Origin: Chloroflexia bacterium
GTDB taxonomy: Bacteria > Chloroflexota > Chloroflexia > Chloroheliales > Chloroheliaceae
DNA length: 24,000 nt
Direction of reading: 5' to 3'
NCBI GenBank assembly: GCA_038209275.1
Contig: JBBQXW010000039.1
Coordinates: forward strand, 1 to 24,000
In this document: piece by piece, positions 7,596-16,559 of the stretch
How positions within the stretch are numbered: the stretch's first letter is position 1
How the letters are laid out: each line of letters starts with the position of its first letter
Position numbers and translations under genes: made by a program
Notes under the pieces: model-generated
Told to the model about the DNA's origin: nothing
Databases searched by the model: none
The model's input: the letters and a program-made list of their open reading frames with translations, nothing else

Positions 7596-7928
7596 ATGAA
7601 CGGCTTTATTCTTTTGCTTTTAGCTATCGTCAGTGAAGTAATTGGCACCACTGCCATGAAAGCCTCGGATGGTTTTAGCAAGTTCTGGCCTAGCGTGATA
7701 ATGGTGATTGGCTATATAGCAACTTTTTCTTTTCTCTCGCTAACTCTGAAAGAGCTTCCGTTGGGAACAGCTTACGCAATCTGGGCCGGGCTGGGAACGG
7801 CAGCAACAGTGATTATCGGCGTAGTAGTCTGGCGCGAAACGCTGGGTATCTGGCATATTTTGGGGATAATCTTTATTATTGTGGGGGTGGTAATGCTCAA
7901 TTTTGTAGGAGGAGAGGCGCATGGATAA
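7596..7928 (+). CDS. SMR-family small multidrug efflux transporter (EmrE/Qac-like)
   Basis: 110-aa ORF with four TM segments. The conserved membrane-embedded Glu motif is LAIVSEVIGTTAMKASDGF, followed by PLGTAYAIWAGLG. Confidence 0.92.
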   Translation: MNGFILLLLAIVSEVIGTTAMKASDGFSKFWPSVIMVIGYIATFSFLSLTLKELPLGTAYAIWAGLGTAATVIIGVVVWRETLGIWHILGIIFIIVGVVMLNFVGGEAHG

Positions 7929-8484
7929 AGCAAAACAGGCGGCAGATACCCGGCGGGCGCTATTAGAGGCAGCCCGCCGCGTAATAATTTCAAATGGGGT
8001 AAATGCCCTGACGCTGGACGCAGTGGCTAAGGAAGCGGGCGTGAGCAAAGGTGGCTTGTTGTATCATTTTCCGTCTAAAGATGCGCTGGTAGTTGGTTTG
8101 CTCGAAGAATTAAACCAGAGCTTTGTGGATGGCATCGAACAAGCCCTGGCCCAGGATGAACAACCGCAACGGGCGGGCAGGTGGCTACGCGCTTACGTGC
8201 GGTCTAGCGGCGCGATTGACCAGACGGAACTGGATTTAACTGCCGGACTATTGGCAGCTATTGGAACCAATCCAGCGCTGCTGGACGATATGCGCCAGAG
8301 CTTTATCGAATGGCAAACACGGGTGGAGCAAGACGGAATTGACCCGGCCCTGGCAACCATTATTCGGCTGGCGGTGGATGGTTTATGGATGGCGGAAATG
8401 TTTGGCCTGGCAGCACCCACAGGCCCACAGCGCGAAGCAGTCATTACCCGGTTGCTGGAACTGACCGAGGGAAAGGGATTATAG
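7921..8484 (+). CDS. TetR/AcrR-family transcriptional regulator
   Basis: 187-aa ORF. N-terminal HTH: LTLDAVAKEAGVSKGGLLYHFPSKDALV. The start ATG overlaps the SMR stop by 8 nt (7921-7928), and AGGAGG lies upstream, consistent with translational coupling. Confidence 0.92.
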   Translation: MDKAKQAADTRRALLEAARRVIISNGVNALTLDAVAKEAGVSKGGLLYHFPSKDALVVGLLEELNQSFVDGIEQALAQDEQPQRAGRWLRAYVRSSGAIDQTELDLTAGLLAAIGTNPALLDDMRQSFIEWQTRVEQDGIDPALATIIRLAVDGLWMAEMFGLAAPTGPQREAVITRLLELTEGKGL

Positions 8485-8514
8485 CCGGGCTTGAAATTAA
8501 TAATTTGGTGCGGC

Positions 8515-8540
8515 CCGCCCTGGAATAAATTCCAGGGCGG
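8515..8540. terminator. Hairpin between the convergent TetR and pirin genes (probable bidirectional terminator)
   Basis: Perfect 11-bp stem CCGCCCTGGAA (8515-8525) / TTCCAGGGCGG (8530-8540) with a 4-nt loop. Flanks are A/T-rich on the left. A second hairpin, AGGGTTTG-CCCCTT-CAAACCCT, lies ~60 nt further right. Confidence 0.55.
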
Positions 8541-8624
8541 ACTTTCATTCGGTAACAACTTAAGATTAGACAGCAATTGGGACAATAGAGGGTTTGCCCC
8601 TTCAAACCCTTACTGAACAGGTTC

Positions 8625-9491
8625 TTAGCTAACCGAAGCCGGGGTCTCATTCTGGATACCAGCGCTGGCAAACTTACCAGCCCGATAATCGGCATAGGCT
8701 TGCCTGATTTCAGCCTGGCTATTCATTACAAACGGGCCATAGGCTACTACTGGCTCTTTAACCGGCTCACCAGCCCAAAGCAAAAGATGCAGCTTTTCTT
8801 TGGCCTGAATACTAATCTGACTCGCTGGTTCATTATCGCCTGAACCAAGCCACAGCACCTGATTTTGCTGGCCCTCGGTTTTGTTCAAGCCAAAAGTGCC
8901 GCTACCTTCCAGCACGTAGATAAAGCCGTTGTAGCTGCCTGGCAATTCCTGGGTCAGGTTCATTTCTGGCTCTAGCCAGACATCTAACATTGTTACTGGC
9001 ACATGGTTGCGAGTAGTGGCGCTAACTTCGCCGGATGAGCCGGAAAAGACCCGAATCTTAACGCCATCCTCCTCCCGCAAAGGCAAATTCTTGCCCCGCA
9101 AATCCTGATAGCGCGGCTGGGTCATTTTGTCCGAACTTTTCAAATTGACCCATAGTTGCAAGCTATGCACCAGTTGACCTTCGGGCGGAGTTTCCTTGTG
9201 GATAACGCCGCGTCCCGCCGTCATCCACTGGGCATCACCCGCTTCCAGTCTGCCGTAGCCGCCCTGGTTGTCGAAATGCTCCAGCGTGCCGTCAATGATA
9301 TAAGTGACCGTTTCAATGCCACGATGCGGATGAAAATCAAATACGCCCGGCTGAAACCAGTCTTCCGCCATCATCAAAAACGGGTCAAACTCGGCCCAGT
9401 TACCCGGTTCTAGCACTATCCCGACTTTATGAATTGGGCTGGCCTTTTGGGGTTTAACCATCCAGGTGCGCCGAATGTCTCTCTGCTTCAT
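8625..9491 (-). CDS. Pirin-family (bicupin) protein
   Basis: 288-aa ORF. The pirin N-terminal cupin metal-site region is FDFHPHRGIETVTYIIDGTLEHFDNQGGYGRLEAGDAQWMTAGRGVIHKE. Confidence 0.9.
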   Translation of the reverse strand: MKQRDIRRTWMVKPQKASPIHKVGIVLEPGNWAEFDPFLMMAEDWFQPGVFDFHPHRGIETVTYIIDGTLEHFDNQGGYGRLEAGDAQWMTAGRGVIHKETPPEGQLVHSLQLWVNLKSSDKMTQPRYQDLRGKNLPLREEDGVKIRVFSGSSGEVSATTRNHVPVTMLDVWLEPEMNLTQELPGSYNGFIYVLEGSGTFGLNKTEGQQNQVLWLGSGDNEPASQISIQAKEKLHLLLWAGEPVKEPVVAYGPFVMNSQAEIRQAYADYRAGKFASAGIQNETPASVS

Positions 9492-9643
9492 ATTTTTTAC
9501 CTGTATCCCTTTTTCTATAACTTAGTCGTTCTTCTCATTAAAGCTATTTATTATAGGCTACTTACTTTATGTAGGTAATTTTATTACAAATGATAAGGTT
9601 TGTCAAGGTTTTAGTTCAGTTAAATTATTGTTCATGTCAGAAG

Positions 9644-10573
9644 TCAGAAACCAGAAATTTCTGCCGAAAAGGGGTTATCGTTTTGCCAGCCGACTTTGCC
9701 CAGGGTGCGGTAGCGTTCAAGGCGACGGATGGTTATTTCGCAGTAAACCGGGTCGCTATCGGTGGTGAAGCAACGCCGCCCGGCGATTTCGCAGGCCAGT
9801 AAAGTTGTGCCGGAGTGGGCGAAGAAATCCAGCACCAGATCGCCAGGCAGCGAACTGGCGGAAAGAATACGCTCGATAGCCTTGAGCGGCTTTTGGGCAT
9901 AGCAGCCGTTGACGTTTTCTTCGCGGCGGTAGAACACCTGCTGAATATCGAACCAGACGTTCCCGGCCCGAATATTCGGCGAACGACCCCGTGCCATATT
10001 TTCTTTTACTTCGCCGTCTATTTCTTTGTAGTACCCTGCCAGCGTTTTGGGGATTTCGGTGTATTGCGGGCTGAAGGGTGGCTGACCAAGCGTGTAATAC
10101 AAAAGTTCCTGGCGCACCGCCATCCAGTTGCGTTGCGTGCCGTAGCCGCGCTGATTTCGCATAGTGATAAAGCTGCGGGCGCGGAAAGGCGTGTCGCGCA
10201 TCATCAACATAAAATCTGGTAGCGGTTGAAATCCAGCATCCTGGTCAGCCCCCAGCCACAGATAAAGGCTGCTGTTTTCGCTCAGATGCGCCCGCGTAAT
10301 ATCTATCCAGCGCCGACACCAACCGATATAATGGGACAGTTCGCGCTCCTCGAAAGCGACCAGATTATAAGGCGGGTCGTGAATAGCGAGGGAGGCTTGC
10401 TCCGCTGCACATAGTTGAGTAATTTGTTCAGGATTGATGGCATCGAGACAACCAACGGCGTGACCGTTTTGGGGGTCGCGCCAGATTTCGCCCGGCTGCA
10501 CGCGGCAGTACGGCAACAATTTCTGGCGCAATTCAGGCACTTTATCGAGGCGCGGTAGTGGATTCTTTATCAT
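9644..10573 (-). CDS. Beta-class N6-adenine/N4-cytosine DNA methyltransferase; no cognate endonuclease seen
   Basis: 309-aa ORF. Catalytic motif IV DPPYN (LAIHDPPYNLV) precedes SAM-binding motif I (LVLDFFAHSGTTLLACEIAGRR), which is the beta-class order. The N-terminal PGEIWRD...GHAVGCLD resembles ParB-less phage/plasmid-type MTases. Confidence 0.85.
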   Translation of the reverse strand: MIKNPLPRLDKVPELRQKLLPYCRVQPGEIWRDPQNGHAVGCLDAINPEQITQLCAAEQASLAIHDPPYNLVAFEERELSHYIGWCRRWIDITRAHLSENSSLYLWLGADQDAGFQPLPDFMLMMRDTPFRARSFITMRNQRGYGTQRNWMAVRQELLYYTLGQPPFSPQYTEIPKTLAGYYKEIDGEVKENMARGRSPNIRAGNVWFDIQQVFYRREENVNGCYAQKPLKAIERILSASSLPGDLVLDFFAHSGTTLLACEIAGRRCFTTDSDPVYCEITIRRLERYRTLGKVGWQNDNPFSAEISGF

Positions 10574-10587
10574 ATAAAGTTAAAAAT

Positions 10588-11493
10588 CTAGCCCGCCGCC
10601 CGCTTGAACTGGTCGGGTGGGAAAGCCTGGGCCGCAATACAGCGCGCCGACCATTCGTTTAGCTGCTTCAGCACTTCGTCCAGTTCATCGCCGATAGCAT
10701 CTACCAAAGGCTGTTCCATTCTATCGGTGGTTTCTTCAATCGAGTGGCGCGCTTGCTGCCCTGCCGGGGTCAGCGCCCCGTCCGCTACCAGCCCGGCGGC
10801 TTCGAGTCGCTTTACCTCGGCGGCAATCGTTTCGGCACTCCAACCGCGTGTGGCGGTATACGAGCCTAGCGGCATCCCGACATAAAGTTCGGTCAGAATG
10901 TTCATTGCCACCGGGCCAAATCCGGCAGTGATGTAAGCAGCGATGTGGCTATCACCCCGGTGTTCCCTGACTAAATCACAGGCCCGCCACAACTGCCCGA
11001 TTGAACTGCCCGGCCAGGGCTGGGCTTGTAGTCCGGCAAACAAAGGCCGACCTGTACCATCGGCGGCGGCCAGACCGCGACGCAAAGCTGCTACCGCGAA
11101 ACTAACGTCTACGCCTGCCAGGGTTTGTGCCAAACTGCTCACGGTTGCTTCCTCGCGTGCCGCCAGCATTTCGGCCCGGCCCAGTTTTTGACGACCTTCG
11201 TCATAAAGGGCTGTAACCAGGCCCGGCTCAAAAGCGGCAAAAGTGGCGACTACTACCGAGGCAGGTGGTTCGCCCAGCGCGGCGGCTCTACCCCAGACAT
11301 AGCTGGTCAGAAAGTTCAGACCCAATGCCGCTAACCGCTCGTTAGTCAGGCGCGACCAGATGGCGTGCATGGCGATTGGTTCGCCGCTATCGCGCAAACG
11401 ACGGGCGGGACTACCTTCTGCTACCGGGTAGGGCGCTGGCGCATCCGGCGGGCTGGGCTGAAAAAATACCTGGGTAGCGGTTTCGTAATCCAT
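10588..11493 (-). CDS. Conserved hypothetical protein, Ala/Gly-rich actinobacterial-type (resembles the family NCBI names 'SCO6745 family protein'); function unknown
   Basis: 301-aa ORF with GGAGG SD. It is visibly GC-richer than its neighbours. The pattern HAIWSRL...LGLNFLTSYVWGRAAALGEPPASVVVATFAAFEPGLV recalls that family from memory only; no search was run. Confidence 0.6.
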   Translation of the reverse strand: MDYETATQVFFQPSPPDAPAPYPVAEGSPARRLRDSGEPIAMHAIWSRLTNERLAALGLNFLTSYVWGRAAALGEPPASVVVATFAAFEPGLVTALYDEGRQKLGRAEMLAAREEATVSSLAQTLAGVDVSFAVAALRRGLAAADGTGRPLFAGLQAQPWPGSSIGQLWRACDLVREHRGDSHIAAYITAGFGPVAMNILTELYVGMPLGSYTATRGWSAETIAAEVKRLEAAGLVADGALTPAGQQARHSIEETTDRMEQPLVDAIGDELDEVLKQLNEWSARCIAAQAFPPDQFKRAAG

Positions 11494-11691
11494 TTATACA
11501 ACCTCCATTGGCTATTGAATAAGAACAATAAATAGCTCACCGTTGCAGGGGGCTGCGTTCTATGCGCGTCAGCGTAAGCCTTTTAGCCCGAAATTGGTAT
11601 GTCAGTGAAAATCGCATGGGAGTTTAGTCCCAGGCGCACCCACCACTATTCTACCGCGTTAGCCTTTTTCTTAAGTTGACGCGCATGGCTC

Positions 11692-13695
11692 TTAGTTTTC
11701 AGCCTTGAGACCTTTCGGTTTCTTGTCGGTTTTTGCCTCGGTGTCCTGATTAGCAGCGCGTTTGAGTTTGAGAATCAGTATACCGAGCGGCGGCAAGGTA
11801 AGTGAGAGCGAGTGCAGCAAACCACTAAAGCCGATTGGTTCACTAGCTTTGCCACCCATATTGCCCACGTTGCTGCCCCAGTAATCCCCGGCATCGCTGT
11901 TCAAAATTTCCTCGTAATGTCCGGCTTCCGGCACCCCGATGCGGTAATTGTAGCGTGGCACAGGCGTAAAATTGCAGATTGTCACCAGAAAGTCGTCAGT
12001 GTCGCGGGCCAAACGCATAAAGACCAGCACGCTTTGCTCGCTATCGCGGAACTCAATCCACTTGAAACCCTCCCAACTATCGTCTATTTCGTGCAGGGCT
12101 GGTTCGCTCTGGTACAGGCGGTTGAGGTCGCCGACAAACTGCTGCAAACCTTTGTGCGAAGGCCAGTCGAGCAAATTCCATTCGAGGGTACTCTGGAAAT
12201 TCCATTCGCCCCACTGCCCGAACTCGCCGCCCATAAAGACCATTTTCTTGCCGGGATGAGTGAACATATAACCAAAAAGAGTACGCAAGTTGGCGAATTT
12301 TTGCCAGACATCGCCGGGCATTTTGTTCAACAGCGAACCCTTGAGATGGACGACCTCGTCGTGCGACAGAGGCAGCATAAAATGCTCACTAAAGGCGTAC
12401 ATGAGCGAGAAAGTCAGTTTGCTATGGTGGTAGCGACGATAAACTGAGGCTTCTTCCATATAGTCGAGCATATCGTGCATCCAGCCCATGTTCCACTTGA
12501 GGTCGAAGCCCAGCCCACCGACATAGACCGGGCGCGTAACCATCGGCCATGCGGTAGATTCTTCGGCCACCGTCAGTACATCAGGATATTCGCCATGCAC
12601 CTGAATATTTAACTGTTTGAGAAATTCAATTGCGTCCAGATTTTCGCGTCCGCCATAGCGATTGGGAACCCATTGGTCAGCAGGTCGTGAGTAATCCAGA
12701 TAGAGCATAGAGGCCACCGCGTCTACCCGCAAGCCATCAATATGATATTTATCCAGCCAGAAAAGGGCATTGGAAAGCAGAAAATTGCTTACTTCCACTC
12801 GACCATAATTAAAGATAAAAGTCTGCCAATCCAGGTGAAAGCCCATGCGCGGGTCGGCGTGTTCATAAAGGTGCGTACCATCGAAATAGCCCAAGCCATG
12901 CTCGTCGGTTGGGAAGTGGGCCGGAACCCAATCGAGAATGACCCCAATATTATGGCGATGGCAGTAATCTACAAAATACATAAAATCTTCCGGCTTGCCG
13001 TAGCGACTGGTGACGGCATAATAGCCAGTGGTCTGGTAGCCCCACGAACCATCGTAGGGATGTTCGCTGATGGGCATAAGCTCGATATGAGTAAAACCCA
13101 TTGCTTTGACGTAAGCGACCATTCGGTGCGCCAGTTCGCGATAGTTCAGCCAGTTTCCGGCCTCGTCGCGTTGCCATGAACCCAGGTGCGCTTCGTAGAC
13201 CGAGATGGGCGCGGCAATATTGTTGCGTTTCATTCGGTCAACCATCCAATCGCTATCACCCCAGATATAGCGTGTCAGGTCGGCAACCACCGAAGCATTT
13301 TGAGGGCGCAATTCGCCAGCAAAGGCGTAAGGGTCGGTTTTGGTGACAATATAGCCATTGTAGCGCGATTCGATGTGATACTTATAAACTTCCTGAGCTG
13401 CCAGACCGGGGATAAAAATCTCCCAGATGCCCTGGTTGGAGTGCGAATACATGGGATGCGCGCCATGCGTCCAATTATTAAAATTGCCAACGACACTAAC
13501 CCGTTCAGCATTGGGGGCCCAGACCGCAAAGTGAACGCCTGTTACGCCGTCTACCTCGCGCAAATGTGCGCCAAGCTTTTCGTAGGTACGGTAATGAGTG
13601 CCTTCGCCTAGTAATTGAAGGTCAAACTCGGTCAGCAAGAGCGTATATGGCTCTCCTTCCGATTTCGGTGTTCCAGCCGAATAATCCAATCCCAT
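11692..13695 (-). CDS. glgB: 1,4-alpha-glucan branching enzyme GlgB (GH13)
   Basis: Long ORF with GH13 branching-enzyme motifs: [55 protein letters not shown]. The stop is fixed at 11692. The start is ambiguous: ATG 13695 (MGLDYS...), ATG 13734 or TTG 13788 (ORF-track start). None has a convincing SD. Confidence 0.93.
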   Translation of the reverse strand: MGLDYSAGTPKSEGEPYTLLLTEFDLQLLGEGTHYRTYEKLGAHLREVDGVTGVHFAVWAPNAERVSVVGNFNNWTHGAHPMYSHSNQGIWEIFIPGLAAQEVYKYHIESRYNGYIVTKTDPYAFAGELRPQNASVVADLTRYIWGDSDWMVDRMKRNNIAAPISVYEAHLGSWQRDEAGNWLNYRELAHRMVAYVKAMGFTHIELMPISEHPYDGSWGYQTTGYYAVTSRYGKPEDFMYFVDYCHRHNIGVILDWVPAHFPTDEHGLGYFDGTHLYEHADPRMGFHLDWQTFIFNYGRVEVSNFLLSNALFWLDKYHIDGLRVDAVASMLYLDYSRPADQWVPNRYGGRENLDAIEFLKQLNIQVHGEYPDVLTVAEESTAWPMVTRPVYVGGLGFDLKWNMGWMHDMLDYMEEASVYRRYHHSKLTFSLMYAFSEHFMLPLSHDEVVHLKGSLLNKMPGDVWQKFANLRTLFGYMFTHPGKKMVFMGGEFGQWGEWNFQSTLEWNLLDWPSHKGLQQFVGDLNRLYQSEPALHEIDDSWEGFKWIEFRDSEQSVLVFMRLARDTDDFLVTICNFTPVPRYNYRIGVPEAGHYEEILNSDAGDYWGSNVGNMGGKASEPIGFSGLLHSLSLTLPPLGILILKLKRAANQDTEAKTDKKPKGLKAEN

Positions 13696-13877
13696 TCTTT
13701 TATTATTTCCCTTACGCTGCTTCAAAAATTTCATTAATTTAGAGCAATGAGCATAGTTGATGATACTCTTTCCCTGAGCCTGAGTCAACTGAAATTAAAC
13801 TATGAAATTACCTGAATTAGGGGCGCAATGTTATAATTGCACCAACCAGAATCAGGGCTTTCGCTTGCTATTGTAAA

Positions 13878-14043
13878 GTAGTAGCGATTGATGGTCTTTA
13901 AGAGCTAAATGCGTAAATAGCGCAACCGTTGTAGGAGTTGGCGCTGCCCTCGAAAAGGTCTGGTTTGGGCAGAAATCGAGGGCGCAGCCCTCTCTTACAA
14001 TGATTTACGGCTTATTTTGTTAAAGACCATCAATCGCTACTAC
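13878..14043. repeat. 166-nt nested inverted-repeat element in the divergent glgB/SDR spacer
   Basis: The outer 24-bp inverted repeat is perfect: GTAGTAGCGATTGATGGTCTTTAA (13878-13901) / TTAAAGACCATCAATCGCTACTAC (14020-14043). Inner pairs are TTGTAGGAG (13929-13937) / CTCTTACAA (13992-14000, one G-U) and GCCCTCGA (13946-13953) / TCGAGGGC (13976-13983). Confidence 0.9.
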
Positions 14044-14080
14044 CACAGCGAAAGCCTAACAGAGTTTAAAAGGATAAAGC

Positions 14081-14845
14081 ATGGCAATAGATTACGGATT
14101 AGCCGGAAAATTGGCGGTAATTACCGGGGCAGGAGCGGGTATTGGGCGGGCGTTGACATTGGGATTGGGAGAGGCGGGTCTGCGGCTGGCGTTGGGTGAT
14201 GTAAACAAGGCAGCATTGGAAGAGACGGCCCTTTTGCTGAAAGACCGAATTGAACCAGAAGCGTTGTTATTGAAAGAACTGGACGTGAGCCGAGGCGAAG
14301 CAGTCGCCAGCTTTGCCCAGGAAGTAATAGCCGAACTTGGCACGCCCGATATTTTAATCAGCAACGCCGGGATTTTCCCGCGCCGCCTTTTGCTGGAAAT
14401 GAGCGAAGCAGAGTGGAATAATGTGTTAGATGTAAACCTGAAGGGGGCGTTTCTGTGCGTGCGAAATTTTGGCCCGGCTATGTCGCAACGGAACGGCGGA
14501 CGCATCATTATAATGAGCAGTAGTGCTGGATTCGAGGGCGTAGCACGCGGCGTGCATTATTCCGCCAGCAAAGCCGGATTGGTCGGCTTTGTCAAAGCCC
14601 TGGCGCTGGAACTCGCGCCCTACCAGATTACGGTCAACGCGATTGCGCCGGGCCTGACCGACACGGCCCAACCGCGCTATGGCTTGAGCGAAGAACAAAT
14701 CGCCGCCCGCGCCCAAATTATTCCACTGGGTCGCATCGGTACGCCCGAAGATATTGTAAACGCCGCCCTCTGGCTTGCCAGCGCTGCCGCCAGCTATGTC
14801 ACCGGGCAGACCATTCATGTCAATGGCGGAGCGTTGAGGAATTGA
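14081..14845 (+). CDS. Short-chain dehydrogenase/reductase (FabG-like SDR)
   Basis: 254-aa ORF. Cofactor motif VITGAGAGIGRAL, NAG (ISNAGI), and catalytic YSASKAG (YxxxK). Confidence 0.92.
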   Translation: MAIDYGLAGKLAVITGAGAGIGRALTLGLGEAGLRLALGDVNKAALEETALLLKDRIEPEALLLKELDVSRGEAVASFAQEVIAELGTPDILISNAGIFPRRLLLEMSEAEWNNVLDVNLKGAFLCVRNFGPAMSQRNGGRIIIMSSSAGFEGVARGVHYSASKAGLVGFVKALALELAPYQITVNAIAPGLTDTAQPRYGLSEEQIAARAQIIPLGRIGTPEDIVNAALWLASAAASYVTGQTIHVNGGALRN

Positions 14846-14969
14846 CGATTACAGAGAAATATAATTAAAATTCTTGGCGTTCTTTGCGTCTTGGCGGTTC
14901 ATTCTCACAACCCACCAGTAAATACAACCTGCTAATAAATTGGCAACGAATGAGAGAAAGGCAAATAAA

Positions 14970-15272
14970 ATGTATATCCGAATATCGCGTGGGAAGTTTG
15001 ACCCGGCGCTGGCGGGCGAGGTGGAAGCATTACTCAGAGAATCGGAAAAAAGTCTGGCAGCGGCGATTAAAAAGCTACCCGGCGTGCATAGCTACCGCAC
15101 CGGGACTGACCCGGTAAACGGCTATATGATTGGGATGAGCCGGTGCGATAGCCCGGAATTGGGCGCGACAATCGGCAAATTGCCCGAAATGATTGCCTCG
15201 TGAGAGCCATTCGAGGCTCTAGGCATAGTTTTTGATCCGATTACTACTTATGAAGTTTTTTGGGAAGTCTAA
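14970..15272 (+). pseudogene. Small ABM/Dabb-like (ferredoxin-fold) protein gene interrupted by an in-frame TGA at 15201-15203; alternatively a genuine 77-aa CDS, 14970..15203
   Basis: ATG 14970 (MYIRISRGKFDP...) has an AAAGG SD 8 nt upstream, whereas the track start TTG 14940 has none. After the TGA the same frame continues for 22 sense codons, EPFEALGIVFDPITTYEVFWEV, to TAA 15270-15272. That stop sits directly before a strong hairpin. The extension looks like the normal C-terminus of this ~100-aa protein type. Confidence 0.5.
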
Positions 15273-15281
15273 TAAAGATAA

Positions 15282-15328
15282 AACCTTCGCTGGTCACGCC
15301 CCATAAGGGGGCGTGACCAGCGAAGGTT
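15282..15328. repeat. Perfect 21-bp GC-rich stem hairpin between the ABM-like gene and the ACAD gene (terminator/attenuator-like, no U-tract)
   Basis: AACCTTCGCTGGTCACGCCCC (15282-15302) / GGGGCGTGACCAGCGAAGGTT (15308-15328) with a 5-nt loop. The hairpin ends 24 nt before ATG 15353. Confidence 0.85.
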
Positions 15329-15352
15329 CTAAAAGATAAGGAGCAGAGAATC

Positions 15353-16546
15353 ATGTCAGATACCATTGCAGAGCGGCGGGTACAGATGCCATCGGCAACC
15401 GACCTTTATAATATTGACCATTTGTTGAGCGATGAAGAAAAGATGGTGCGCGACACAGTGCGCCGCTTTGTGCGCGAGCGGGTTGTGCCGATTATTAGCG
15501 AACATTTTGAGGCGGGAACTTTTCCGCGTGAAATTATACCCGAAATTGCGGAACTGGGCTTGTTAGGAATGCACCTGGAAGGTTACGGCTGCGCCGGGTC
15601 GAGTGCGGTGGCTTACGGGTTGGCCTGCCAGGAATTAGAGGCGGGCGATAGTGGGCTGCGTTCGTTTGTATCGGTGCAAGGTTCGCTGGCAATGTTCCCA
15701 ATCTGGGCCTTTGGGTCGGAGGAGCAAAAGCAGCGCTGGTTGCCGCCGATGGCGCGGGGCGAAGTTATCGGTTGTTTCGGCCTGACCGAGCCGGATTTCG
15801 GTAGCGACCCGTCCGGGATGCTAACCAACGCCCGGCGCGACGGCAATAGCTACGTCTTGAACGGCGCGAAGATGTGGATTACCAACGGTGGCATTGCCGA
15901 TGTAGCGGTAGTCTGGGCCAAAACCGACGGCGAAATTCGGGGCTTTTTGGTCGAGCGCGGCACGTCCGGCTTTAACACCACTAATATTCATCACAAGCTT
16001 TCGCTACGGGCTTCAGTTACTTCGGAATTACATTTCGAGGATTGTCGGATTCCCGCCGAAAATATGCTGCCGGGCGTAAAAGGTTTGCGCGGCCCACTTT
16101 CCTGTCTGAGCGAAGCGCGTTTCGGAATTGCCTGGGGCGCAACCGGCGCGGCCCGTTCTTGCTACGAAACGGCGCTGGAATACGCCAAAACCCGCGTCCA
16201 GTTCAACCGGCCCATTGGCGGCTTCCAACTGGTGCAGCAAAAGCTGGCGATTATGGCAACGGAACTGGTGAAGGCGCAGTTGTTGGCGCTGCAACTCGGT
16301 AGGCTCAAAGATGAAGGATTGGTACACCCGGTACAGGTCTCGATAGCCAAGCGCAACAACGTCCGCGAAGCGCTAAAAACGGCACGGGAAGCACGCTCGA
16401 TTCTGGGCGCGAACGGGGTAACGCTGGAATATCCGATTAGCCGCCACATGAACAACCTGGAGTCGGTCTACACCTACGAAGGCACTGACGATATTCATAC
16501 CCTCATTATCGGGCAGGCTATTACTGGCCTGAGCGCCTTTTCTTAA
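15353..16546 (+). CDS. gcdH: Acyl-CoA dehydrogenase, glutaryl-CoA dehydrogenase-like
   Basis: 397-aa ORF with AAGGAG SD. ACAD motifs: GCFGLTEPDFGSDPSGMLTNARRDG, NGAKMWITNGGIADVAVVWAK, and C-terminal NLESVYTYEGTDDIHTLIIGQAITGLSAF. The N-terminal DLYNIDHLLSDEEKMVRDTVRRF and GLRGPLSCLSEARFGIAWGA match the GCDH subfamily pattern as I remember it. Confidence 0.85.
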   Translation: MSDTIAERRVQMPSATDLYNIDHLLSDEEKMVRDTVRRFVRERVVPIISEHFEAGTFPREIIPEIAELGLLGMHLEGYGCAGSSAVAYGLACQELEAGDSGLRSFVSVQGSLAMFPIWAFGSEEQKQRWLPPMARGEVIGCFGLTEPDFGSDPSGMLTNARRDGNSYVLNGAKMWITNGGIADVAVVWAKTDGEIRGFLVERGTSGFNTTNIHHKLSLRASVTSELHFEDCRIPAENMLPGVKGLRGPLSCLSEARFGIAWGATGAARSCYETALEYAKTRVQFNRPIGGFQLVQQKLAIMATELVKAQLLALQLGRLKDEGLVHPVQVSIAKRNNVREALKTAREARSILGANGVTLEYPISRHMNNLESVYTYEGTDDIHTLIIGQAITGLSAFS

Positions 16547-16559
16547 TCAGGAAAATTAT

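Noticed and set aside
9644-10573. Complete restriction-modification system
   Set aside because: Only the methyltransferase is recognisable. The co-oriented upstream ORF has no nuclease-like motifs (no PD-(D/E)xK, HNH or GIY-YIG pattern seen), and the downstream neighbour is a pirin on the other side of an AT-rich spacer.
11812-13611. Several 75-211-aa plus-strand ORFs (11812-12447, 12742-13179, 13186-13611 and others)
   Set aside because: All are antisense to glgB, whose GH13 motifs fix the true frame. The same reasoning rejects the antisense and overlapping ORFs inside the other large genes (e.g. 4565-5040, 8193-8695, 9815-10414, 10604-11334, 14092-14818, 16028-16455, 17735-18154, 20017-20875, 21433-22016, 22580-23090).
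15201-15221. Selenocysteine insertion at the in-frame TGA of the ABM-like gene
   Set aside because: The adjacent hairpin has only a 6-bp stem, starts inside the stop codon, and lacks the size and loop features of bacterial SECIS elements as I know them. The position is not a plausible redox-active site. A CGA-to-TGA nonsense change or a base-call error is more parsimonious. It is kept as a low-probability alternative in the finding.
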